The notes below the pieces were generated by a model. The model ran no database searches. It saw nothing but the letters and a program-made list of their open reading frames with translations, and was not told where the DNA came from. 64,000 nt of DNA from Squalus acanthias (taxonomy: Eukaryota). Both the position numbers and the translations under genes were made by a program. Location: contig CM059432.1 of the NCBI GenBank assembly GCA_030390025.1, forward strand, positions 15,750,001 through 15,814,000, in the 5' to 3' direction. Of this stretch, positions 50,210 to 62,832 are shown piece after piece. The stretch's first letter is position 1, and each line of letters begins with the position of its first letter.

Positions 50210-53000
50210 CAGGAAGGACAGGAAACATGGCTCCAGGGTGGCCAAGGCTGGGAACTCAATATTCAATATTTAGGAAAGATAGGCAAAAAAGAAAGGGAGG
50301 TGGGGTAGCATTGCTGGTTAAAGAGGAGATTAACACAATAGTAAGGAAGGATATTAGCTCTGATGATGTGGAATCTGTATGGGTAGAGCTGAGAAATACC
50401 AAGGGGCAGAAAATGTTAGTGGGAGTTGTATACAGACCCCCAAACAGTAATGCTGAGGTTGGGGATGGCATTAAATGGGAAATTAGAGATGCGTGCAATA
50501 AGGGCACAGCAGTTATCATGGGTGACTTTAATCTACATATAGATTGGGCTAACCAAATTAGTAAAAATACTGTGGAAGAGGAATTCCTAGAGTGTATACG
50601 GGATGGTTTCCTGGACCAATATGTCGAGGAACCAACTAGAGATCAGGCCATCTTAGACTGGGTATTATGTAATGAAAAAGGATTAATTAGCAATCTTGTT
50701 GTGCGAGGCCCCTTGGGGAGGAGCGATCATAATATGATAGAATTCTTCATTAAGATGGAGAGTGAAGTAGTAGTTGACTCAGAGACTAAGGTACTGAATT
50801 TAAATAAAAGAAACTACGATGGTATGAGGCGCGAGTTGGCTAGGATGGATTGGGGAATGTTACTTAAAGGGTTGACGGTGGATAGGCAATGGCAAACATT
50901 TAAAGATCGCATGGATGAACTACAGAATTTGTTCATCCCTGTTTGGCATAAAAATAAAACAAAAAAGGTGACTCAACCGTGGCTAACAAGGGAAATTAGG
51001 GATAGCATAAGATCCAAGGAGAGGACATATAAATTGGCCAGAAAAAGCAGCAAACCTGAGGATTGGGAGCAGTTTAGGATTCAGCAAAGGAGGACAAAGG
51101 GATTAATTAAGAGGGGGAAAATAGAATATGAGAGTAAGCTTGCAAGGAACATAAAAACTGACTGTAAAAGCTTCTATAGATATGTGAAGAGAAAAAGATT
51201 GGTGAAGTCAAGCGTAGGTCCCTTGCAGTCAGAATCAGGGGAATTTATAATGGGGAACAAAGAAATGGCAGACCAATTAAATACATTCTTTGGTTCTGTC
51301 TTCACAAAGGAGGACACAAATAACTTACCAGAGATGTCGGGGAACATAGGATCTAATGAGAGGGAGGAATTGAATGAAATCAGTATGTGTTAGGGAAATT
51401 GACGGGATTGAAGGCCGATAAATCCCTAGGGCCTGATAATCTACATCCTAGGGTACTTAAGGAAGTGGCCCTAGAAATAGTAGATGCATTGCTGGTCATC
51501 TTCCAAAATTCTATAGACTCTTGAACAGTTCCCATGGATTAGAGGGTAGCTAATGTAACCCCACTATTTAAAAAAGGTGGTAGAGAGAAAATGGGGAATT
51601 ACAGACCGGTAAGCTTGACATCGGTAGTGGGGAAAATGCTAGAGGCCATTATAAAAGATGTAATAGCAGAGCACTTGGAAAACAGTGACAGGATCGGACA
51701 AAGTCAACATGGATTTACAAAAGGTAAATCATGCTTGACTAATCTACTGGAATTTTTTGAGGATGTAACTGGTAGAATAGATAAGGGAGAACCAGTGGAT
51801 GTGGTGTATTTGGACTTTCAGAAGGCTTTCGATAAGGTCCCACATAAGAGATTAGCGTGCAAAGTTAAAGCACATGGGATTGGGTGTAAGGTACTGATTT
51901 GGATAGAGAACTGGTTGGCAGACAGGAAGCAAAGAGTTGGAATAAATGGGTCTTTTTCCGAGTGGCAGGCAGTGACTAGTGGGGTACCGCAGGGATCGGT
52001 GCTAGGACCCCAGTTATTCACACTATATATAAATGATCTAGACGAGGGAACTAGATGTAATATCTCCAAGTTTGCAGACGACACAAAGCTGGGTAGGTGT
52101 GTGTGCTGAGGAGGATGCAGAGAAACTCCAGTATGATTTGGACAGGTTGGGTGATTGGGCAGAAGCATGGCAGATGCAATATAACGTGGATAAATGCAAG
52201 GTTATCCACTTTGGTGGCAAAAACAGGAAGGCAGATTATTATCTGAACGGCAATAGATTGGGAAAAGGGGAAGTGCAACGAGACCTGGGTGTCCTTGTGC
52301 ACCAGTCGCTGAAGGTAAGCATGCAGGTGCAGCAGGCGGTTAAGAAGGCAAATGGTATGTTGGCCTTCATAGCGAGAGGATTCGAGTACAGGAGCAAAGA
52401 TGTCTTGCTGCAGTTGTACAGGGCCTTGGTGAGACCACACCTTGAGTATTGTGTGCAGTTTTGGTCGCCTTATCGGAGAAGGATGTTCTTGCCATGGAGG
52501 GAGTGCAGCGAAGATTCACCAGACTGATACCTGGGATGGCAGGAATGACGTATGAAGAGGGATTGGGTCGATTAGGCTTATATTTGCTAGAGTTTAGAAG
52601 AATGAGAGGGGATCTCATTGAAACTTATAAAATTCTAACAGGACTAGACAGACTAGATGCAGGAAGGCTGTTCCCGATGGCGGGGGAGTCCAGAACCAGG
52701 GGTCACAGTCTAAGGATAAGGGGTAAGCCATTTAGGACTGAGATGAGGAGGAATTTCTTCACCCAGAGAGTGGTGAACCTGTGGAATTCTCTACCACAGA
52801 AGGCAGTTGAGGCCAATTCATTAAATATATTCAAGAAGGAGTTAGATATATTTCTTAAGGCTAAAGGGATCAAGGGATATGGGGAGAAGGCAGGGATAGG
52901 GTACTGAATTTGGATGATCAGCCATGATCACATTGAATGGCGGAGCAGGCTCGAGGGGCCGAATGGCCTACTCCTGCTCCTAGCTTCTATGTTTCTATGC
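50210..53000 (+). mobile_element. Long CR1-type LINE ORF2 remnant (APE endonuclease to RT to 3' UTR), frameshifted
   Basis: RKDR..RKGGGVAL, VGVVYRPP, MGDFN and SDHN (APE); [11 protein letters not shown] and KFADDTK (RT). Confidence 0.93.
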
Positions 53001-53574
53001 TTCATCTCACCCTATCAGCATATCCTTCTATTCCTTTTCTCCCTCATGCACTTGTCGAGCTTCCCCTGAGTCGCTTAACTGAATAAGTATCTTCACGATC
53101 CTCTTTAAGTAGTGCAGGTTGGGGAATCCTTCATTCCGTTTAATGGTGTGTTCAGCTGTGCACGGTTATGACAGGGCGCTGGCTGGAGTGTGGAGTTGCA
53201 AAATGGCAGCGGTGGCTTGAAATCAGCATTGCACGCTCATTCGCGTCACCATCTCGCTGCTCTGCATGCTGCCGGCGGTCACGCAAACGTGCGCAAACCC
53301 CCTTACCAAAATGGCATCCTGCGCACTCCCTGTCGGAAATATGCGCGCGTGCATCTCGGACCCCATGTTTGAGTTTCAGTTGGGCGCGTAGTGCCTACAA
53401 AGCGGGCACTATATGGTCCAATTTAGCCCCCGCCCCCAGTGCCTTGCCATATATATATCAGGAAAGGATGAGCAGGCTGGGTCTCTTTTCTTTTGAAAAA
53501 AGAAGGCTGAGGGGTGACCTAATAGAGGTCTTTAAATTTATGAAAAATTTTGATAGAGTGGATAAAGAGAGAAT

Positions 53575-54216
53575 GGGCTGGATTTTGATACTGGGGCGGG
53601 TTGGGGTCGTGTCATCCACTTTTCGTGTTATCCACCCGACTGCAATTGGATGTGGGAGATTGATGCGATTTTCACCTAATTGGGCAATTGAGTTCCAGCA
53701 TGTGGGAACCCACGAACCAATTAGAGGTTTCAGTCTGAAAGTCGCCTCTGATGATGTTATCATTGCTGCTGCATTGAAGGTCTGCAAAGACTGCCTGGCC
53801 TTTGCTGTGAGAGGACCTGGATGTAAAATGAGCAGCAGCAGCCCTAAGTCTGCTCCCAGATATTTTTACACTACCACTCAGAGAGAGAGAGAGAGAGAGA
53901 GAGAAGCCAGCCAAATGTGCTCCCGCCAGGTTTCACAATCGTGGTTCAGAACAGGCGTGCTTCACGTAGAACAAGGGTTAAAATCACAAAGGCCTTTCAA
54001 AATGGCATTATAGAGCCAATTTAGTGCTTGTTAAGGGCCTTAACAGCCTATCCCGTCTCTTAAAGGCGGGACGCAGGCGGGATCAGCAGACACGATTTCA
54101 TGAAAATTGCACGGAGGCGGGATGGAGGCAGACTTGTGCCCACCCGCCAGTTTTCGCAATTTTAACCCCCCACACACCTCCAAACCCACCTCCAAGGGTC
54201 AATGAAAATCCAGCCC
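53575..54216. mobile_element. MITE family 4, 3-bp AAT TSD, inserted in a CR1 3' fragment (53455-54535)
   Basis: Perfect 12-bp TIR gggctggatttt / aaaatccagccc; removal restores CR1 gagagaatgtttccacttg (ERMFPL). Confidence 0.82.
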
Positions 54217-55239
54217 AATGTTTCCACTTGTGGGGAAGAGCATAACTAGAGGCCATCAATATAAGATAGTCACCAAGAAATCCAATAGGGAATTCAGAAG
54301 AAACCTCTTTACCCAGAGAGTGGTGAGAATGTGGAACTTGCCACCACAGGGAGTGGTTGAAGTGAAAAGTATAAATGCATTTAAGGGGAGGCTGGACAAG
54401 CAGATGAGGGGAAAGGGAATAGAGGGTTATGCTGATAGATTTAGATGAGGAAAGACGGGAGGAGGCTCGAGTGGAGCATAAACGCCAGCATGGACTGGTT
54501 GGGCCGAATGGCCTGTTTCTGTGCCGTGTATACTATTTAATCCATTCCAGAAATTGGGATGTTTAGTATTGTTTAGGGCTGCCTCAAATAGTTGCTCCTC
54601 TCGGAAGCTTATTCTATGGCACTGATTTAAAAACACTTTTCTTTTTAGTGTCGATCATTGTTGATGAGAACTCAATAGGCAATCATATTTTTAAAGTTTT
54701 AAAATGCCAATATTCTCCCTCATTTGGTGCATGTCTCTTTGTCCTCTCCACCGGAGGACATTTTCTGTGGCCAATCGTACACGTCAGCGGGAATCTGAGG
54801 AGAATGAGTGAAATAAAGGAAAGTGTAAAAGAGTTGGCATTTTCGCCAGATTTGAAGATTGAAAGATAAACCGTTGTACTGACTCTAATTGAAATACTAA
54901 AAGCCCAATCTCGCCCACTTTGAAGGAGCATAGCATTTTGTGTAGGGAGTAATGGCTATTTGACGACTATTTTGTAGAAGCCTATTGACTGAACAGAAAA
55001 TCAGCTGCCTGTTGGGCTGATATATTTGCCAGGATTTACAGGAATAAAATTAGATTGAACACTCGACAAAAGAAAGATCCCGTCAGCGCCCCAGCTCAAA
55101 TGGCCTGTTGATACGTAGTGCCATCTACAGGCAAAAGAAACAAGTTAGAAGAACTCTCTTTTTTTCCCCCCCCAGATTATATATGTTACCTTTGGGTCGG
55201 CTCCTGCTTCACTTATGGTTTTTATCTTTTGTATTTCAG

Positions 55240-55346
55240 CTTGTGACTGTAGCGTGAATGGTTCGTTTAATGAGGTGTGTGACCTCAAGACTGGTCATTG
55301 CCAGTGCAAGGCCAACGTGCGGGGCCAGAAGTGTGACCAGTGTTTG
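55240..55346 (+). CDS. LAMA1: Laminin alpha-1 exon (~exon 20)
   Basis: ttcAG|...|GTatgt, 107 nt; CDCSVNGSFNEVCDLKTGHCQCKANVRGQKCDQCL. Confidence 0.93.
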
Positions 55347-57029
55347 GTATGTATTTATGGTTTGCGTCGGCTTGCTAACGATCATTCACGCGGGACCCAA
55401 AGAAGCGAATAAAACCGGAAGTTTGATTGTAGGTCCGCAAAGTATTTCCTGTGTATTTGTTAAGTCGTGCTTTCTGAGCAGTTGTCTAGGAAGCTACAAG
55501 CTTCTCGCTTAGCGATCTCTTAAATCTGCCTGCTGGAACAATGCAACTTTAAATCCACGAGCCGGTTTTAACGTGAGATGATATCTCTATTGCTTAGGTA
55601 AAAGCCAGATGCCTAAATCTTTATATTGCAACAAAATAAGCTAATTGACGTTACACCTCGCAGCCTGCAGTTAACAGCTGAACCATATTATCACTGCCCT
55701 TAGGTTTGTAATTTTTTTAAATTTAAGTTCTAATCGTGGAACTGATTTGATTTAATAATGATACATTTTGACTTGATTTCAGGCAGCCGAAGTGAGGCCC
55801 ATTAGGCATGGTTGTAAGGCTTTTATTCCTGTGAAGTATTCAAATAGATGGAAAACAATAGATTCCGCAGAGGGACTCCTTGGCTGCAATCTTATTGAGG
55901 AGTTTACGTCAAAATCTGAAAGCAAAGCTCAGCGTCTAACTGGCTGTTTCCCAATCTCAGAATAATATCTGGTGATCATTCTCACACGCCCATTGTTTTC
56001 TGATAGTGTACAATAGGGAGTCGACATTTTATTTTTGTTTTTTTTCTCCTTTTTTTTTAGTTTGTTTTTTTGGCCATTGCCAAGATGGCCAAGCGTGAGA
56101 GTGAAGGATTACTGCTTGCAATATCATTGTTTTTAATTTATCTAACGGTGATCACGGATTGACCGCGTCAAGAGTAAGCGAGAGCATTTTGCATTCGATC
56201 AAGCTACGCAATCCTAACCAGTACCTTGAACAAGGGACAGAAACAAGGGACAGAAATGCTGCAACATGGATTGACGGGACATAGCCCACATCTGCAATTT
56301 TCCACAAAATGGGCTCCTGATTTCAATCCTGCAACTTTTGAGATTTTCAAGTGGCGGCCAATACTGCCACACAGGATGCAAAAAAAATTCTAAAGGACCA
56401 GTAGTTATGTTAAATAGTTTTATTTTACTGGGACCCTTCCATTTACTGCAGGGAGGCAGGGAAGGGGGATAATCACAGAATCATACAGCACAGATGGAGG
56501 CCATTCGGACCATCGTGTCTTTGAAATGAGCTAAACCATTAGTTCCCTGCTCTTTCCCCATAGCCCTGCAAATTTCTCCTCTTCAAGTGTATATAGTGTT
56601 GCCTCCGAGTAGCATTCCTGTGCTTTCTTTTGCTGGGGAGCAGCAACAGCAGAAGGAACAGCTTTGAATCCCAGCTCAGAAGCATCAAGTTAGCCAAGCA
56701 CTAAAGGTGACGTTACGAGTAGTGCAATTTAACTGTGTGAAGTAAGTTGAACTGACAGGTTGGCTAGCCGTTGACGGACGTTACTATGTTTCAGGAAATT
56801 TGAAAGCTCTGTAGTCTGTTGTTTGCCATTAGTGGGATGGAAGATGTTTTGAAACTGCCATCACTAGGTTTCTAAGCTTCAGTGCCAGGCATTGTGGGAT
56901 TTCAGCAGGCACAAAAAACCATGAATTCAGAAACCGTCCAACACAACTCCGTCCGTTAATATTTGGTTCTCGAGTGGTATACAGGACAATAGCTGGGTGG
57001 TTCATAGTGAGATACAAACAATAATGATA

Positions 57030-57845
57030 ACTTGCCTCCACAGCTCCTTTAACATAGAAAAACATCCCCAAGGCTCTTCACTGAGGAGCAATCAAACAAA
57101 AAAATGGGCGTCAAGCCAAAGAAGGAGATATTCGAAGGGGTGGCCAAAAGATTTAATTGCGAAGATGAGAATTTTTAAATTGAGGTACCGGCACCAATGT
57201 AGATCAGCAAGGACAAGATTGATGGGTGAGCGAGACTTTGTTCAGATTGGGATACAGGGAGCAGAGTTTTGGATGAGCTGAAGTTCATGGAATGTGGAGA
57301 ATGGGAGGCTAGCCAGGAGAGCATTGGAATAGCCAAGTCTGGAGGTAGCAAAGGCATGGATGAGGCTTTCAGCAACAAATGGGTTAAAGCAGGGACGGAG
57401 ATAGGTGATGGTACGCAGGGAAAAGTAGACAGTCTTTGTGATGGGAGAGGATGTAGAATTGGAAGCTCAGCTCTGGGTCAAATTGGATACTGAGGTTGCA
57501 AACAGTCTTGTTCAACCTAAGACAGTGGTTGTGGAAGGGGTGGAATAGGTGGTGAGGGTCTGCAGTTTGTGGAGGGGCCAAAGTCGATGGCTTCGTACTT
57601 CCCAATGTTTAACTGGAGTATATTGCGACAGGATGTCGGACAAGCAGTCTGATATTACAGAGGCAGTGGAGGGGTTAAGTGAAGTGGTGGAGAGGTAGAG
57701 CTGCTGTCTTCACTGGAAAGTGACCCCATGCTTTCGAGCAATGTCACCGAGGGGCAGCATGTAGGTGAGGAAGAGGAGACGACCAAGGATAAATTTTTGG
57801 GGGACTCTAGAGGTAACGGCACAGGGGCAGGAAGAGAAGCCATTT
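57030..57845 (-). mobile_element. Degenerate L2-type LINE with internal deletions
   Basis: Similar to 39712-42700 and the reverse complement of 3340-4260. Confidence 0.7.
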
Positions 57846-58192
57846 AATAAACATTCTTTAAATGATGAAGGACTTTGATAGGACGAATAGGGACAGATTG
57901 TTTCTCTGGTCGGGTAGTCAGTGATGAGGCGTCATCAATTTAAAATTTTCATTAAGCGAGGTGAGGAAAAAGGTTCGGAGAAACTTAATTACACAGAGCA
58001 TGGAATGCTGCGCCAGAGGGAGTGGTTAAGGAAAAATTAGATCAACATTTGAAACAGAGGAAGATACAGGGCTACAGGGAGAGCGGAGTAATGAGATCTG
58101 TTTTAAATTGTTCCAGTCAGCACTGACACGATTGGTGCAATCGACTCTTTCTGTGCAGTAAACCTCTATGGTTCTATGAATATTATTCATTG

Positions 58193-58289
58193 AAACAAAA
58201 ACAGAGAATGCTGGAAATACTCAGCAGGTCAGGCAGCATTTGTGGAGAGAGAAACTGAGTCAACGTTTCAGGTCGATGACCCTTCGTCA
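58193..58289 (-). mobile_element. 97-bp hammerhead mini-insertion, family A, 15-bp TSD
   Basis: gaatattattcattg at 58178-58192 and 58290-58304; minus strand CTGACGA-agggtc.atc.gacct-GAA-ACGT-T-gact. Confidence 0.82.
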
Positions 58290-58732
58290 GAATATTATTC
58301 ATTGGGCTATCAGTGTTATTTTATGTATGTATCTAGTGTGTTATTGGTCTTTATTATTTCCTGCATATCAGTTTAATTATGTTAGGGGGAAGCAGTGTAT
58401 GTGACAGCAATGTGCCAAATAAACACGGATGCTTATTTTGTTTTTATCCGTGTTTTTTGGAGTCCATTTTTTTTTCCTTTGATTTTCTCTGGATTCTGAT
58501 GGCCAAAAATAGAATTTGAAAAGTACTGGAAAAAAAATGTGTTTTTAAATCAATTAAAAAAAAAAGTAACTTTAATGATCTTTACTGAGGAAGGTGCTAA
58601 CCTACCTGCCTGCCGCTTGCAAGTCTAAACTCGCTGACTCCTTTGCCTGGACAATGCATATTGTAGTGAATTGTTCAAATTGCTTTGGCCTCTGCACTGA
58701 TGCCTAACCAACGCTCTTACTGTGCCTAACAG

Positions 58733-58913
58733 CATGGGTATTTTGGCTTGAGCACTGGACTGGGCTGTGTTCCCTGCAACTGCAGCCAATTGGGCTCAAT
58801 CTCTGAGGACTGCAGCGATGGTGGGCAGTGCCGCTGTGTGCCAGGGGTGAGTGGAGAGAAGTGTGACCGCTGTGCACATGGCTTTTATGGATTCCAGGAT
58901 GGTGGCTGTACAC
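58733..58913 (+). CDS. LAMA1: Laminin alpha-1 exon (~exon 21)
   Basis: aacAG|...|GTaagt, 181 nt; HGYFGLSTGLGCVPCNCSQLGSISEDCSDGGQCRCVPGVSGEKCDRCAHGFYGFQDGGCT. Confidence 0.93.
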
Positions 58914-60018
58914 GTAAGTGCTTAAACTATTTTTGGAAGTACGGAGTGAAAGTGATAACTTTGCAAAACTCCCTTTTCAGTTCAAAGGAGCAACTGCATT
59001 TACGAAAATTTCTTTAAAAAAAAAAGAAGCTATATCAACACGAGAGGCTGTATCGGTATAATATCAGTATAGAGTAGAAACCTCCGAATACACAACCGGA
59101 ATGCAAAGCTCGATGAATCCATGCCGTTATCTGCAATGCATGGGAATATTTGCTCCTTATCTTCAACGCAGGGCAGATTCTCATATAAAGGGGAGCCAAG
59201 TAATTGAAAGCCAATTGATCTAATTATTTTTTTTTCCCAATTTTATCCCTTTCTCCTCTGATCCTGGAGTACAATTCCATGACGGCTGCTTGCACTCTGG
59301 TACCTCACAGAAGCATCCATTTTTAAAAAAAATGTGTGTGCCTAGTGTCAGCGGACGATTCCACCATAAAGCCCATCAAAGCTGAGGCCAAGCTTGTCCT
59401 CAATCGACATCCACGTAAAGAGTGGGTCACTGGAGAGTGATCAGGAACTGGCACGCTGGCTGACTTCTCTCCTTTGCTAGCCCAGGGGCATTGAGGCTCT
59501 CGCTAACTCGGCACAGACCAGGGTTTGAACTTGGCGGCTCCAAAGCCTGGATGGTCCATTGCAACATCAGTCAGCGCCTTTTTACCCATTGCACCATCAG
59601 CTGAGCTTGGTTGATTTTCTTCGAACAAGACAACCCTGAAACTAGCTGTGCAGTATTATTGTACACATGCTTACCATCTTCTTATCAAATTGCCTTATAT
59701 TAACAGAGGCATTAATTCATTTCAATTAAACGGGTTACTACCTTTTCAGATGAAGGGGCTGACACCTGTGTTGCAATCTCAGACAGCAGAATTTGACATG
59801 CACACATTAAACATTCATGCAATAATATTGCACAGCATAATTTATGGACTAATGGTACTGAATAATAGTTGCATTGGATGGTAATATTCCCTGGAAAATA
59901 AGTGGACACACAGAATTTAGTGCTGAATTTTGAAGTAGAATATATTTAATGAATATTTTTGACAACGGTAGGGTGGAAAAGCCCTTTCCTACAAAATCTC
60001 AATGTGTTTTCGCTGCAG

Positions 60019-60155
60019 CTTGCGACTGTGCCCACACTCGGAACAATTGTGCGGAAGGTTCTGGCCAGTGTATCTGCCCACCACACACCGAGGGAGCCAA
60101 ATGTGAACGCTGTGAGGCCAACTACTGGGGTCACGACCCTGAAAGTGGATGCAAG
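60019..60155 (+). CDS. LAMA1: Laminin alpha-1 exon (~exon 22)
   Basis: tgcAG|...|GTagag, 137 nt; CDCAHTRNNCAEGSGQCICPPHTEGAKCERCEANYWGHDPESGCK. Confidence 0.93.
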
Positions 60156-62052
60156 GTAGAGTAAGCAGAATGCATTGCATTCAGCGGCAAGGCCTTGCTC
60201 CCATTTCTGTTCTTTTGATGCGCTTTTCATCAGTCCTACCTTTATGAAGTCTAATGCCAAGCCCCTTTGATCCTTTTAATCTTTCATGATCGCGATCAGT
60301 AGAAATCATCAATTATTATTTCCCTCGGGCATGAGCGAACAATTAAATGAAATGGCCTGTTTAGAAACAGTTGTTGGTGCCTGTCCAGCCTCTACTCTGC
60401 CCAGATTGAAGACGCTGATGATGATTAGAAACTGGACTGTAAATGTTGCATTTTTACATTGGTTCAAGCTGCCTACAATGGTTCTCTTTTACATTTGCTT
60501 CCTAGTTCTTGACCCGTATGAAAATCAGAATGCAGGGCTAATGAGACATCTATGCTCCCAGTGGAGAATCTGTGCTCACAAAGAGCTAGGGCTGGAGATA
60601 AGGGAACAATACTGTCGTCCTGATTCTCCCTGCGCGCTCTGTGAGCGTGGTTCCCCACTTGGAGTATGGAGTTGTGAAATCCTTAATCCTTATAAGACGT
60701 GGATAAAGATTGCACAAATTACAGGCTTCCTCTTCCTCCATTTTGATGTCCTTTTAAGAGCCCAATAGCTTGGGATTTGCTATATTGACTATTGCAGCAT
60801 GTTCAGCAAAGTTGTTAACCAATGCTGTTCTAATATGAAACAGCCTTGACCCTTATGAATCCTTGTGGACTTATTGCTGTTAATGTTGCGAGGATCTGCT
60901 GCCAGCACAGTACCTTTTTAGGCGTGAGTGCGAGACAGTGATAGGCTTACAACACTATAGACCCAATTCTCCGACCTGCACTCGCCACTAGCGAGGCTTC
61001 CACAGAGCCATAGAAAATTAACCCAACTAACTGTTGCACTTGAAAGTGATGTTAAGTAACTTTGCTTAAAAATTTGTTTAACTAATTGGCATAGAATCAT
61101 AGAACCTCAGGAACGACAATGCTGTAGTAATCACTTTATTCCAAAAGGGTAATTTCAGACCCAACAGGGTAGATTTTAGCTTTCGGGTGGTTGCCCACCC
61201 GTGCTGGGAGCGAAGAGGCCATGGGAACTTCGAAGCCGGGGACTCATTTGAACGGTCCTCGTTGGCTGTACCGCCTGTAAAACTGGTCAGAGTGTGCACG
61301 GCGCACACTGCACACAGTTGCCCCCCCCAAAATGGCAGTCAGGGTCCTATTTATGTCATAGGGCCCCGATTTGCATCTTAAAGGCCCACCGCCTGAAACG
61401 GGCTGGCGCTTCATCCGCCCAACGGTAGGGCTGGAGCTTCAGCGTTATGTGGCGGTAAGTCTGCCGACGCCATTTTGGGACCATTAGCATCTCGTTAACA
61501 CCGACTAGACCTCGTTGAAATAGGCCCCAACAGTTTCTTAGAAATTAGTTACTTCGATCCTGGATTGATGTCAGTCAAAGCTTGCAAACCATCATGCAAT
61601 AGTAAAACAGAAACCATTAAAAACCACAAGCTACAACAATTCAAGTTGTTTATTTTTTTTACACAAGAAACCATTGTGCAGTGCTCTGTAGTAATTATGG
61701 TGATAAAAGTATGACTTACACTTTGGGATATATTTTTTGTCTGTTAGTAAAAGTCAGCTTAAGTATAAAGTGGTTTTGAATAACAGGAAAATATACCCGT
61801 TGTCCTGATCAAAATTGGATCAAAGGTCGACTGGCTAAAAGCAGGCATTGTTGGACTGGAAATTCCGTCAATGCCACTTGTTATTGAAATAAGGCTTATT
61901 GTAAAGACTGATCAGTATGAAGTCTTTAACCTGCTTTTAATCCTCAAATATTTCCAACTGTGATACAGCTGCTCTTCGATTTACACTATAAAGACGTAAT
62001 GAAAGCTCGTTTATCACCATCATCTCAATTCCTTTTTTTCATTTTTGGGCAG

Positions 62053-62289
62053 TCTTGTAACTGTAGTGAGATCGGTTCCGTTGGTCTTCAGTGTGATGGA
62101 ACGAGTGGTCACTGCCCCTGCAAAGGAGAGTTCAGTGGAGAAAAATGCAACAAGTGTGCTATTGGCTACAGGGACCACCCTCAATGCATTGCCTGTAAGT
62201 GCGATCCCAGTGGTACCAGACCTGAAAAATGTGATCTGACACAAGGAGTTTGCAGCTGTGAGGAACGCACTGGGCTTTGTCCCTGTAAG
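62053..62289 (+). CDS. LAMA1: Laminin alpha-1 exon (~exon 23)
   Basis: ggcAG|...|GTacag, 237 nt; SCNCSEIGSVGLQCDGTSGHCPCKGEFSGEKCNKCAIGYRDHPQCIACKCDPSGTRPEKCDLTQGVCSCEERTGLCPCK. Confidence 0.93.
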
Positions 62290-62681
62290 GTACAGCATCA
62301 CTTACATAACTATAGCATCTAATGAGAATGACTAACTTTATTCTCTTTTTATCGCACCTCTCTCCACTGTTCTATTTTTCTTGCTTTCTTTAGGCCCTCT
62401 TGTGTCATGTGCTTCTCTCAAGAGAGGCAGCAAATAACTTGCCTCCAGCTTCCTGATAATCTGCTATGCCGCATTTGACCCTGCCCTCCCCTGTAGGACA
62501 GCTGCAGAATGAGTTGACCTCTTATTTTTATGCCTTTCCTTATGTGGTAGAGAACCTCCCTAGATGTTAAGCCGAGATAGGGAACTCACCAATTGTTGGT
62601 AGGAACCTGAATGATACCACCTATTCCTTGGAATTCTCTACACCAGAGGGCTGTGGATGCTCAGTCATTGAGTATATTCAA

Positions 62682-62832
62682 TGATGCGGAGATGCCGGTG
62701 TTGGACTGGGGTGGACAAAAATGAGAAGTCGCACAACACCAGGTTATAGTCCAACAGTTTTATTTGAAATTACGAGCTTGTAATTTCAAATAAAACTGTT
62801 GGACTATAACCTGGTGTTGTGCGACTTCTCAT
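62682..62832. mobile_element. 151-bp family B insertion folded into a palindrome, 14-bp TSD, inside a CR1 3' fragment (62625-63000)
   Basis: ttgagtatattcaa at 62668-62681 and 62833-62846; inverted repeat 62719-62834. Confidence 0.85.

Noticed and set aside
53168..54013. 281-aa ORF
   Set aside because: Chimeric read-through of GC-rich sequence, a CR1 fragment and a MITE, including a (GA)n microsatellite
61167..61528. Further MITE candidate
   Set aside because: GC-rich with GGG...CCC-like ends, but the TIR match is poor and the TSD ambiguous, so it is not supportable from one copy
7343..62289. LAMA2 or another laminin alpha paralog
   Set aside because: Recalled LAMA1 motifs (LQPYEE, DRD.LMTVL.NVT, YRVDGILFGGICQ, CPPHT.G.KCE) fit better; a BLASTP or phylogeny would settle it
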